Shown: positions 1-8,970, counted from the stretch's first letter. The stretch is 51,501 bases of DNA from an uncultured delta proteobacterium (GCA_963776345.1 CAVZMH010000021.1:1-51501), one strand, 5' to 3'. Made by a program: numbers and translations. Notes: generated by a model not told the origin, from the letters alone.

Positions 1-129
1 CCCGACCGCAGCTTCGCCACCGAGCTGGCGCTGGTCTTGAGCACGGCGGCGGTGGTGGTGCTGGGCGTGCTCCCTGGGCTGACCTCGGCGTGGCTGTCGC
101 GCGGGGGATCGCTGTTCCTCGGGCGGTGA
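1..129 (+). CDS. nuoN: 3' end of a membrane protein, probably NADH-quinone oxidoreductase subunit N (partial)
   Basis: Frame 1 reads PDRSFATELALVLSTAAVVVLGVLPGLTSAWLSRGGSLFLGR*, resembling the terminal TM helix (..LG(I/V)xP..) of NuoN. Truncated by the window edge. Confidence 0.55.
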   Translation, partial: PDRSFATELALVLSTAAVVVLGVLPGLTSAWLSRGGSLFLGR

Positions 130-717
130 CCGTCGTGCCCTGAATGCCCCTGTGTGCGCGCCGGCCGCTCGATCCCTGGGGGTCGGGCGGCCCGTCGTGC
201 TTTCGGGGGCCGGGATGGGACGACCTGCGCACGCGAGGCCCTGGCGTCACCGAGCAGCGGAACAAGACCCGCTGCCCGTCGTCATGCTCGCCGACGGCCC
301 AGCTCCCCCCGGAGGACGCACCGCGCACGAATCGTTGCGTCAGCGAATGAAAGACCTCGCTCGGCATGAAGGCATCGCTGCAGCACAGTGCAGGAATCGC
401 CATGCCGATTCTGCGAGCGAGTAGCTGTGCTGGTCGGAGGGGACTGGTCGTGACGCTCCGGGTCTCGAGACCCAAAGCGCCCGCGATTGGCTGATCTAGC
501 GATGCGCTGCACATCCGAGCTCGCATATTTCAGCGCTTCTTGATTGCCGGGCGCTTCGTCGCACGTGCAATCAACAGCCAGAACGCACGCGGACGCAGAT
601 CAGATCAGCGCGTGTTCGCGTCCGCGATCGAGTGGTGCCCGCAACGCGCGATGAAGCGCCGTGTCTCCCGCCCACGGACGCAATCGAGCGCCGTTCACGA
701 AAAGGCAGGACCAGCAC

Positions 718-1572
718 ATGTTGAGAGAAGTCGAGGTCACGGGTGTACGTCGGACTCTGCTGTCCCTCGCGGCGATGATCGCCTTCGCCGCTGCCGGATG
801 CGGAGGAGACGCGAGCGGTGGCGGCAACAACGGTGGCGGCAACAACGGGGGGACCAATCTCGCGCTCCGGTCGAGTGCGAGCCTCGGCAGCTATCTGGTC
901 TCGGCCGATGGGCGGACGCTCTACTACTTCGCGCTGGATCTCGCCGGGGCCGGAGCACAGGCCCCGGTCTCCAACTGCACCGGGGGTTGCCTTCCGATCT
1001 GGCCGATCTTCCACGTCGACGCGCCGGTGGTGGGCACGGGCCTGAACGCCTCCGACTTCGGGGAGTTCGTCCGTCCCGACGGAGCGAAGCAGACCACCTT
1101 CAAGGGCTGGCCCCTCTACCTCTTCGCCGGTGACACCAAGGCCGGAGACACCAGCGGTGACAACCTCGGCGACCCCGGTCCGAACGACCTCTGGTACGTC
1201 ATCAAGGATCCGTTCTACTCGGCCCTGGTCCTCACCAAGACCGCCGGCCCTGCCCGTTACCTGGCCGACCCGGCCGGTCGGGCGCTGTACGTCGATTCGA
1301 ACGACACCGTGGGCACCCCCGGCTCGGATCCGGTCCCGGCGTGCAATGGCGCGTGCCTGACCAACTGGCCGGTCTTCGCCGCCGGCGCGGGCTCGCTTCC
1401 CACCGGCGTGGACCCCGCAAAGGTGACGACCTTCACCCGTGCCGACGGGACGAAGCAGTCGGCCTTCGACGGGCACCCGCTCTACTACTTCGCGGGCGAC
1501 AGCGCTCCCGGCGACACCAGGGGTCACGGCGTCAACGCCGCCTTCGACAACGTCGACCCGCGCACCCTCTAG
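718..1572 (+). CDS. Secreted repeat lipoprotein with Yx(F/W/Y)xxD motifs (COG4315 / Lipoprotein_15-like)
   Basis: AGGA RBS before ATG718; lipobox AAAG-C; two ~120-aa units, each with (D/A)GR(T/A)LY..D, CxGxCLxxWP, R.DG.KQ..F.G.PLY.FAGD. Confidence 0.85.
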   Translation: MLREVEVTGVRRTLLSLAAMIAFAAAGCGGDASGGGNNGGGNNGGTNLALRSSASLGSYLVSADGRTLYYFALDLAGAGAQAPVSNCTGGCLPIWPIFHVDAPVVGTGLNASDFGEFVRPDGAKQTTFKGWPLYLFAGDTKAGDTSGDNLGDPGPNDLWYVIKDPFYSALVLTKTAGPARYLADPAGRALYVDSNDTVGTPGSDPVPACNGACLTNWPVFAAGAGSLPTGVDPAKVTTFTRADGTKQSAFDGHPLYYFAGDSAPGDTRGHGVNAAFDNVDPRTL

Positions 1573-1597
1573 CAGCTGAGCGCCCAGGAGAACGCCC

Positions 1598-2128
1598 ATG
1601 CTCCCCCTGCTACGAGCGGTTCTGCTCGCCGGTGGACTCGTCCATGCAGCGATCGCCAGTCCCTCCGGAGCCGCGGTGCTCGTCTCGATGCAGGGCACGG
1701 CTGGGCTCCACATCGAGGGCACGACCCACGAGCTCGCGATCTCCGAACGCGATGGCGAGCTCGTCTTCCAGGTGCCGCTGGCCGGAGTGGACACCGGCAT
1801 CGGCCTGAGGAACCGCCACATGCGCGGATACCTCGACACGGCTCACTTCCCGGAGGCGGAGCTCCGCGTCGCACGGAAGGCGTTGGTCTTCCCTGCGCCG
1901 GGAAAGACGGCTGAATCCGACGTGCCGGGAATCCTCACTCTCCACGGAGTCTCCAGGTCCTGCTCCATCCACTACCGGGTGGAGCAGGCCGGGTCGGGTG
2001 AGTACCGCGTCCGTGGCACGACCCGGATCGACATGCGCGACTTCGGGGTCGACGTTCCCGCCTACCTGGGAGTGCGTGTCGATCCCGGCGTGGCGATCCA
2101 GGTCGACTTCTCCCTGCAGGCCATATGA
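1598..2128 (+). CDS. YceI family (polyisoprenoid/lipid-binding) protein
   Basis: Signal peptide; VDTGIGLRNRHMRGYLDTAHFPEA, G.LTLHGVSR and IDMRDFGV are typical YceI motifs; AGGAG RBS. Confidence 0.88.
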   Translation: MLPLLRAVLLAGGLVHAAIASPSGAAVLVSMQGTAGLHIEGTTHELAISERDGELVFQVPLAGVDTGIGLRNRHMRGYLDTAHFPEAELRVARKALVFPAPGKTAESDVPGILTLHGVSRSCSIHYRVEQAGSGEYRVRGTTRIDMRDFGVDVPAYLGVRVDPGVAIQVDFSLQAI

Positions 2129-3312
2129 GGCGCGCCTCCTGGTTGCTGGTGCTCGTGACCTGGGGTGCGTCGGCCACTGCCCACGCCTACCCCTTCATGA
2201 TCCGGCAGGGATACACGCAGTGCGCGACGTGCCACACCGATCCGTCGGGTGGGACGTTGCTCAACGAGTACGGTCGAGTCCAGAGCGAGCTGCTCCTCAG
2301 CTCGATCTACGGAGGCGGGAACGAGCTCTCCGACTCCGCGGAGGCGGAACCGACGGCCGGGCGGTTTCTCGGCTTCGCCGCTCTCCCGTCCTGGCTCCGC
2401 CTCGGCGGGTGGCTTCGAGAGGGGTACATCTGGAACGCGGTCGACGGTCGGATCGTCGATCGGCGGCTCTTGCAGATGCGGGCGGACGTCGGGGCCGATC
2501 TCCGGATCGGCGCCTTCCGGGCCGCCGCCGAGCTCGGTTACTCGAGCGCCGACGCCACGACCTTCACCCAGCTGGCGCAGATCACCCGGAGCACCACCGG
2601 GCCCAACCTCATCGGGCGCGAGTTCTGGGCAGGGGTGGAGACCTTCGGCGGTGACGGGCTCCTCCGGGCCGGACGGATCAACGTGCCCTTCGGTCTCCGC
2701 AATCTCGAGCACACCTCGTTCGTCCGGACCGCCACCCAGACCGACATCAACGAGGACCAGACCTACGGGGTGGCGTTCGCCATCTCCCGGCCAGCCTGGC
2801 GCGCGGAGGTGATGGCCTTGCTCGGAAACCTGTCGGTGCACCCCGACGCCTACCGGGAGCGCGGCGGCGCCGGTTATCTCGAGGTCTCGCTCGCGCCGAC
2901 CACCGCCCTCGGCGTCAGCGCGCTGGCGGCGCGGTCGGACGCCTCGCTCGCCACTCGACTCCCCACGCTCCGACAGGCCTACGGCGGCTTCGCCAGAGCC
3001 TCACCGTGGCGACCGCTGGTGGTGCAGGTGGAGGCCGACGTGCTCCTCAACAAGCAGCTGGGCAGCGGTGCGCAGGACGTGGGCCACGCCGAGTGGCTCC
3101 AGACCGACGTGGAGGTGTTTCGCGGGCTGCACCTCCTCGCTGCGCTCGAGGGCATGAAGACCGGGGCCACGCCCGTCCTGCAGCGGGGAGCGTGGGCGGG
3201 CCTGTGGTGGTTCGCGTTCCCCCACGTCGACATCCGTGCGGACGTGGTCGAGCGCTGGAGTCAGGGACCCTCGACGCTCACCGTGCTCATCCAGGCGAAC
3301 GGATATCTGTGA
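2125..3312 (+). CDS. Putative monoheme cytochrome c / outer-membrane beta-barrel fusion (Cyc2-like architecture)
   Basis: Signal peptide ending AHA, then YPFMIRQGYTQCATCH (CxxCH). The remainder is alternating beta-strand pattern (e.g. LRAGRINVPFG) ending LIQANGYL. ATGA overlap with the upstream gene. Confidence 0.7.
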   Translation: MRRASWLLVLVTWGASATAHAYPFMIRQGYTQCATCHTDPSGGTLLNEYGRVQSELLLSSIYGGGNELSDSAEAEPTAGRFLGFAALPSWLRLGGWLREGYIWNAVDGRIVDRRLLQMRADVGADLRIGAFRAAAELGYSSADATTFTQLAQITRSTTGPNLIGREFWAGVETFGGDGLLRAGRINVPFGLRNLEHTSFVRTATQTDINEDQTYGVAFAISRPAWRAEVMALLGNLSVHPDAYRERGGAGYLEVSLAPTTALGVSALAARSDASLATRLPTLRQAYGGFARASPWRPLVVQVEADVLLNKQLGSGAQDVGHAEWLQTDVEVFRGLHLLAALEGMKTGATPVLQRGAWAGLWWFAFPHVDIRADVVERWSQGPSTLTVLIQANGYL

Positions 3313-4079
3313 TGCGCCTCGCTCCCTTCCTCCTCGTGGTCGCCGTCGGCGCGCCGCTCGCCGCCAGGGCCACGCCGACCTTCCCCGAGGCGATCGCCCG
3401 GGACCTGCAGCTGTCGGCTCCGCCCGCCTGTACCATCTGCCACGCCACGAACGAGGGTGGGGCAGGCACCGTGGTGAAGCCCTTCGGCAAGTACCTCCTC
3501 TCGCGCGGTCTGGCGCCGTTCGACGAGTCATCCCTCGCCGGGTCGCTCGCCGCGGCCCAGGGCGAGCGTCACGACACCGATGGTGACGGGATCTCGGACG
3601 TCGACGCGCTGAAGCAGGGCCTGGACCCCAACGGTTCCCCATCGGGCGCGCCGCTGCTCGAGGACCCGAGCTTCGGCTGCAGCGCGACTGGCGGCGGTGC
3701 GGGGAACACCTTGCTCTTCGCGTTCGTCGTCGGTCTCCGGCTGGTGGCGGCTCATGTGTGCCGCTGGCGCGGTCTCGAGCGCTCCCCGGACGCGCGGACC
3801 AAGATCAACGCCATCGCCGACGACCTGACAGGCGCGCGCGGTCCTCACCCCCGAGCAGAGGGGCCAGCTGGATCGATGGCAACTCGAGAGCTGGGGCGCC
3901 GGCCGCGCTCACGTGTGCCGCTGGCGCGGTCTGGAGCGCTCGACGTGATCAGTGACCAGGATGCCCCTGAACATGCGCCCGTGGATGCCGCAGGCGCCGT
4001 GGCAAGACACTCTGGAGACTCTGGTGGGCCTCCCGCAGCATGCGTGCAGTGGTGTCCCACCCCAGGCACGCATCGGTGA
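3312..4079 (+). CDS. Monoheme cytochrome c-like surface protein with a TSP3-like Ca-binding loop and MYXO-CTERM-like tail (true 3' end probably ~3948)
   Basis: ATG3312 overlaps the upstream TGA; signal peptide; CTICH; DTDGDGISD..ALKQGLDPN; FGCSATGG + hydrophobic stretch + basic residues. The open frame runs on to 4079, overlapping aroG. Confidence 0.7.
   Translation: MRLAPFLLVVAVGAPLAARATPTFPEAIARDLQLSAPPACTICHATNEGGAGTVVKPFGKYLLSRGLAPFDESSLAGSLAAAQGERHDTDGDGISDVDALKQGLDPNGSPSGAPLLEDPSFGCSATGGGAGNTLLFAFVVGLRLVAAHVCRWRGLERSPDARTKINAIADDLTGARGPHPRAEGPAGSMATRELGRRPRSRVPLARSGALDVISDQDAPEHAPVDAAGAVARHSGDSGGPPAACVQWCPTPGTHR
3750..3941. repeat. 35-bp direct repeat (3750-3784 and 3907-3941), 2 mismatches
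   Basis: gctcaTgtgtgccgctggcgcggtctCgagcgctc vs gctcaCgtgtgccgctggcgcggtctGgagcgctc. Confidence 0.92.
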
Positions 4080-5052
4080 CCGAGCAGCCGTACTTGAGCT
4101 GGGAGCGATCCGCGGGAATCGGTTGGTTCCCGGCAACCAGGAAGCTCTCCACCATGAAGCCCACCACGGAGGTGTTCCCGTTCTCGACCTGGTGAACGAC
4201 ATCCTTCATGACGAGCGGCTGAAGCTCCGGATTCTTCCAGGAGTTGCCGTGCGAGCAATCGACGACGATGTTGTTCGGCAAGGACGCCTCGGCCAGGGCC
4301 TGCTCCGCGAGGCGGATGGACACCGCATCGAAATTGGGACGGCCTCTTCCCCCGCGCAACACGAGGTGGCCATGGCGATTGCCACGGGTGCGAACGATGG
4401 CTGACGTGCCCTGTCCGTTGATGCCCAGGAAGCTGTGCGGCCGGCTTGCAGACAGGATGCCGTTGACGGCAACTCCGATCTCGCCGTCGGTCCCGTTCTT
4501 GAAACCCACGGGGGTGGAAAGTCCAGAGGACATCTCCCGATGTGTCTGCGATTCTGCCGTCCGCGCACCGATGGCCGTCCAGGCAATGAGGTCGCCGTAG
4601 TACTGGGGCGCGATCGGGTCCAGGGCTTCGGTTCCCGCCGGAAGACCGAGCTCGTTCACGTCGAGCAGGAAGCGGCGCGCTCGGACGACACCTTCGTCCA
4701 CGCGAAAGGAGTCATCCATGTACGGGTCATTGACGAAGCCCTTCCAGCCAACCGTGGTGCGAGGCTTCTCGAAGTAGACCCGCATCACCAGGAGCAGGGT
4801 CTCCTTCACCTCGTCGCTCAGCCGCTGGAGCCTCCCGGCGTACTCGAGGCTCGCCACCGGGTCGTGAATCGAGCAGGGTCCCACCACGACGAACAGACGG
4901 GAATCCGTACCATCGAGGATCGCCTCGATGGCTGCTCGCCCGTCCACGACGGTCTTCGCTGCGCGCTCGCCGAGGGGCAGCTTCGCCCTCACCGCCTCCG
5001 GTGAGGGCATCACATCGAAGCCGATGACGTTGACGTTTTCTATCTGTCGCAC
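3949..5052 (-). CDS. aroG: 3-deoxy-7-phosphoheptulonate (DAHP) synthase, class I alpha
   Basis: VVGPCSIHD, MRVYFEKPRTTVGWKG, AIGARTAESQTHRE, GFKNGTDG, VDCSHGNS, YGCSVTDACLGW; likely GTG start at 5052. Confidence 0.96.
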   Translation of the reverse strand: MRQIENVNVIGFDVMPSPEAVRAKLPLGERAAKTVVDGRAAIEAILDGTDSRLFVVVGPCSIHDPVASLEYAGRLQRLSDEVKETLLLVMRVYFEKPRTTVGWKGFVNDPYMDDSFRVDEGVVRARRFLLDVNELGLPAGTEALDPIAPQYYGDLIAWTAIGARTAESQTHREMSSGLSTPVGFKNGTDGEIGVAVNGILSASRPHSFLGINGQGTSAIVRTRGNRHGHLVLRGGRGRPNFDAVSIRLAEQALAEASLPNNIVVDCSHGNSWKNPELQPLVMKDVVHQVENGNTSVVGFMVESFLVAGNQPIPADRSQLKYGCSVTDACLGWDTTARMLREAHQSLQSVLPRRLRHPRAHVQGHPGH

Positions 5053-5244
5053 GGTCTGCCCTGGAGGAGCCCACCAGCCCCGAGCGTCGGAATCTCGAGC
5101 ACGGGAACGACCTCCGCCGAAGCGCCCGGGTAGGGCCAGTTCCAGGATTGCACGGCCTGCGATTCGAACACCAACGCCGACGGCTCGGTCGAATCGAGCT
5201 CCTCGATTGACCCGGCAACCACAGGCGTCCACTTCGCGTCCCGC

Positions 5245-5846
5245 TCAGGAGCTGGGGCCCCGACGAATGCTGATCAGGCCAAGGCCCTCGACCTCCACCT
5301 TCCAGAAGAACCGGGCCTGAGTGTCGAAGACTCGCGCCGTCCCGCTGCTGTCGACCAGACCGGAGTCGATCTCGCGTGCCGACGTCACGGCGAGGAACAG
5401 CGGCATCACCAGCTCGGGTGGGAACGGACGACCATCCGGAGCCGCAAACTCGTACTCCATGGCTGACCGGGCGAGGACGATGGAGTTCGTCCTCCAGTTG
5501 ATCCCGTATACCGGTTGGCCGTCCATCCGATGGGAGAAGAGTTCGTCCTCCAGTTGATCCCGAAGACCGGTTGGCCGTCCATCCGAATGGCGATTCCGGT
5601 CTGATCGAAGTCCGTCGCGCAGAGATTGTTCGAGGGGTGGCTCAACCAGGGCTTGCACGGGAATAGCCCTCCCCAGCTGCCGTCTGGACGGCGCCGCATC
5701 TGCACTCTCAGGCCGCTCACCTGCTCCGCGCTGAAGAGATTCTCGGCGAACCGACCCGACAGCCGCCCCCGCGCGGCAGCGGGGGCCGTTTCGGGGCCGC
5801 TCGCGCAGCCCAGAAGGACGAGAAGACCCGGAACGAACCACCGCAT
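5245..5846 (-). pseudogene. Hypothetical lipoprotein frameshifted at an internal tandem duplication
   Basis: [14 protein letters not shown] lipobox in one frame; the C-terminal half (RMDGQPVYGINWRTNSIVL...) is in another frame; the switch falls in a 56-nt-period duplication. Confidence 0.6.
5483..5586. repeat. 48-bp direct repeat x2 (5483-5530, 5539-5586), period 56
   Basis: gagttcgtcctccagttgatcccg(TAT/AAG)accggttggccgtccatccga, 2 mismatches. Confidence 0.93.
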
Positions 5847-6208
5847 GTGGAATCCCCCCTCTCTCGCGACTCTGCCACGGCGACCGCGAGAGACAAGCGG
5901 AAGGAAGTTCCGAGTGAGTGGTTCCGCCGGTCGGACCGGGGGCAAGAGCCTCCGAGCCTGGCTTCCGCGCGGGGATGGCTGACGAGATCCGGGAGGTGCT
6001 CGCCGGCGGCGGCGATCTGGTCGCGGTCCGCGTGGACGTCTCGGGGACGCACCGCGGCGCGCATGCTCCCCGACGGAGACCTGGTGTTGGCGGGGCGCCG
6101 GACTGCCCTGGGCATTTGACTCCCCGCGTCAGCGGCTTTTGCGTCCATTCTGGTTGTCATCTCCCCGGGTGTGCAGGGAGGCTCCCGTCTCCCACCAGGA
6201 GTGAACGC

Positions 6209-7978
6209 ATGCGACATGTCGTGACAAGCCTGTTGCTCCTTTCTGCCTCCCTTGCGAGTGCCGCCTCCCCCGCTGCCGTCGAGCTGAAGCTCACCCCACG
6301 CGGGACGCTCGCCGCGCCACCACCCGCGGGAGCTGCCCGACTGCCCACCGGGCCGGGGCGACTGCTCGATCGGCCGGAGGTGGACCTGCACGCGTATCTC
6401 GCGGGCGGGCCGACGGCCAGTCATCCACTCCCGAGCAACCCGGGCGTCGCGCCGAGCGCCGGCATCTCGCTCCTGAATCGAGGATTCAGCGGATTCGAGG
6501 GGCTGAACAACACCGACCAGGCGCTGGCCGGCACCGGCATCTACGAGAACAGCAACGGCAGCCTCGAGCCGCCGGACCAGGGGCTCTGCGTCGGCCACGG
6601 CTTCGTGCTCGAGGCGGTGAACGTGGCCTTCGCCATCTACGACACCAGCGGCAACCTCCTGTCCGGGCCGGTGCCGGCGAACCAGTTCTTCGGGCTCGCG
6701 CCGCAGTACGGCGCCGACGGCTCCTACGGCGACTTTGTCAGCGATCCGAAGTGCATCTACGACTGGACCGAGGACCGCTGGTACCTCACCATCCTCCAGA
6801 TCGACGTGGACCCGGCGACGGGCGGCTTCCCCGGCCCGAGCCACACCCTCATCGCCCGGAGCCGCACCGGTGACCCCACCGGAACCTGGGACGCGTACGC
6901 GCTCGACACCACCAACAACGGGAGCAACGGGACCCCCCGCCATCCCCGCTGCCCCTGCTTCGGTGATCAGCCGCTGCTCGGCTTCGACGACCACGCCATC
7001 TTCATCAGCACCAACGAGTTCCCGCTGTTCGTGAACGGCTTCAACGGCGCCCAGGTGTACGGGATCGGCAAGAAGGCCTTCACCGGCAACGGCAGCGTGG
7101 TGCTGTTCGACAACCTGGCCCTCGAGGAGGGCATCGCGTACAGCGTCCAGCCGGCGAGCACGCCCCCCGGCGGCAAGTTCGAGAAGGCCAACCAGGGCAC
7201 CGAGTACTTCACCAGCTCGCTCGAGTTCACCGGCGGGCTCGACGACCGCATCGCGGTCTGGGGCATGAGCGGAACCCGCACCCTCAACACCCCGCGCCCA
7301 CGGGCGAGCCTCGACTACCAGATTCTCAAGAGCCTGGTGTACGGCATCCCGCCGCCGGCGTCGCAGAAGGACGGCCCGACCCCGCTGCGTGACCTGCTCA
7401 AGCAGCTCGGGCTGGGCAATGACCCGCTGGAGATGACCGACACCAACGACGACCGGATGCAGCAGTCCGTCTACACCGACGGCACGCTGTGGAGCACCAT
7501 CGGGACCATCGTCCGGCCCCACGGCGACACCGCCGACCGCGCCGGCGTCTACTGGTTCCGTGCCGAGGTCGAGTCCGACAACAAGGGCTTCAAGGCCAAG
7601 ATGAAGAAGCAGGGCTACCTGGCCCGCGTCGGCACATACCTGAGCTACCCGACGGTGGCGATCAACGCCGCGGGCAAGGGCGCGATCGGCTTCTCCATCG
7701 GCGGGAAGGACTTCTATCCCTCCACCGGCTACGCGGTGGTCGATGACGACGGGCCCGGGGCCATCCACGTCGCCGGCACCGGTCTGGTCCCGCAGGATGG
7801 CTTCACCGGCTATGCGTACTTCGGCGGCGCGGGCGTCACCCGCTGGGGGGACTATGGCGCCGCGGTGGCCGCGCCGGACGGGTCCATCTGGCTCTCCGGC
7901 GAGTTCACCTCCGCCCGCCCGCGGATCATCTACGCGGACTGGGGCACGTACGTGACCCGGTTGCACGTCGGTCACTGA
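6209..7978 (+). CDS. Large secreted hypothetical protein (beta-rich, possibly propeller-like)
   Basis: AGGAG RBS, ATG6209, signal peptide, strong GC3 bias, motifs EPPDQGLCVG, SDPKCIYD, RWGDYGAA. Confidence 0.8.
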   Translation: MRHVVTSLLLLSASLASAASPAAVELKLTPRGTLAAPPPAGAARLPTGPGRLLDRPEVDLHAYLAGGPTASHPLPSNPGVAPSAGISLLNRGFSGFEGLNNTDQALAGTGIYENSNGSLEPPDQGLCVGHGFVLEAVNVAFAIYDTSGNLLSGPVPANQFFGLAPQYGADGSYGDFVSDPKCIYDWTEDRWYLTILQIDVDPATGGFPGPSHTLIARSRTGDPTGTWDAYALDTTNNGSNGTPRHPRCPCFGDQPLLGFDDHAIFISTNEFPLFVNGFNGAQVYGIGKKAFTGNGSVVLFDNLALEEGIAYSVQPASTPPGGKFEKANQGTEYFTSSLEFTGGLDDRIAVWGMSGTRTLNTPRPRASLDYQILKSLVYGIPPPASQKDGPTPLRDLLKQLGLGNDPLEMTDTNDDRMQQSVYTDGTLWSTIGTIVRPHGDTADRAGVYWFRAEVESDNKGFKAKMKKQGYLARVGTYLSYPTVAINAAGKGAIGFSIGGKDFYPSTGYAVVDDDGPGAIHVAGTGLVPQDGFTGYAYFGGAGVTRWGDYGAAVAAPDGSIWLSGEFTSARPRIIYADWGTYVTRLHVGH

Positions 7979-8071
7979 GCCGTGACCCGGGGCTCCGGCT
8001 GGCCAAGGAGGGTCGGCCGGAGCGGGCCGCCCGTTCGGGCTCCACCGGCCCCCGAGCAAGGACGGCGCGCC

Positions 8072-8478
8072 ATGAGCAGCGACGAGGAGGCGATGCGCGG
8101 GGCATCGAGGCGCTTCGCCGCCGGGACGAGGCGGCCAGCAAGGCGTACGACGTGAAGGCGCTCGCCGCGCTCTGGACCGACGACCCGGTGGCGCTCCCCC
8201 CCGGCCGCCCGGTGATGCGCAGCCCCGAGCTGCGCGCCCAGCTCGGCAAGATGGCCGCCGCCGCCCGCTCCACCGAGGTGCTCGAGTACCGCGAGGTGTT
8301 CGAGGAGACGCTGGTCTTCGGGGACACCGCGGTCGAGTGGGGCCGCATCGAGGGCAGCGAGCGCGACCGGGCGACCGGCGAGGTGACCGAGAGCCGGTTT
8401 CACGTGATGCGCATCCTCAGGCGCGTGGAGGACGGCAGCTGGCGGGTGCACCGGAGCATCTTCGCGCCGGCGGGGTGA
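8072..8478 (+). CDS. NTF2/SnoaL-like (DUF4440/YybH-type) protein, 1-nt frameshift near 8100
   Basis: MSSDEEAMR/GIEALRRRDEAASKAYDVKALAALWTDD...GDTAVEWG...MRILRRVEDGSWRVHR; one base missing next to a G run. Confidence 0.75.
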
Positions 8479-8704
8479 GGGAGGGGGCGATGTGACCTCG
8501 GTCGTCGAGTGGGGAAGCTCGCGGACCGCACGCTCCGGAGGCGCTGGAACGCCACGTGCGGGCCATCGCCCAGCGTGAAGCGCCCTGAGGGGACGCCTGA
8601 CGGACGGGGGCCTTCGAGGTGCCAAGACGAGGGGCCTGCGCGGCCCGGCGCGCGCTCCACCGCCGTGCAGTCGCCGCCCGGCGCCCAGCGTGGGCCTCGG
8701 CGTT

Positions 8705-8970
8705 CCCAGGAGGCAGCGGCCTCGGCCTGAGGGGTCGAATACACAGGAAATGCACCTGTCTATTTCCGGGAAATAGACAGGTGACTTACCTGAATAGTTG
8801 GACCCCTTCGTGGGTGCCGCTCGAGGCCGATGCGCCCGCGCCGTCCCGTCCAGGAGACGGTGCTCCGCCTCGCTGGACCGAGGTCGCCCAGGAGGCAGGG
8901 GCCTCGGCCTGGGGGGTCGACTGCACAGGAAATGCACCTGTCTATTTCCGGGAAATGGACAGGTGACTTA
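8705..8970. repeat. 84-bp direct repeat x2 (8705-8788, 8887-8970), each containing a 31-bp palindrome
   Basis: 5 mismatches between copies; cacctgtctatttcc-g-ggaaatagacaggtg is perfect at 8753-8783 and has 1 mismatch at 8935-8965. Confidence 0.95.

Noticed and set aside
130..520. Short ORFs between nuoN and the lipoprotein gene
   Set aside because: No recognisable motifs or convincing RBS or codon bias.
8735..8965. Minus-strand peptide FPEIDRCISC with CxxC, repeated twice
   Set aside because: A by-product of translating the palindromic repeat; the surrounding ORFs are low-complexity and lack RBS support.
8705..8970. CRISPR array or DGR template/variable repeat pair (4 of 5 differences are at A in copy 1)
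   Set aside because: Only two long units, no cas genes and no reverse transcriptase in the window; copy 2 is not at a gene 3' end; A>G bias is expected in a high-GC genome.
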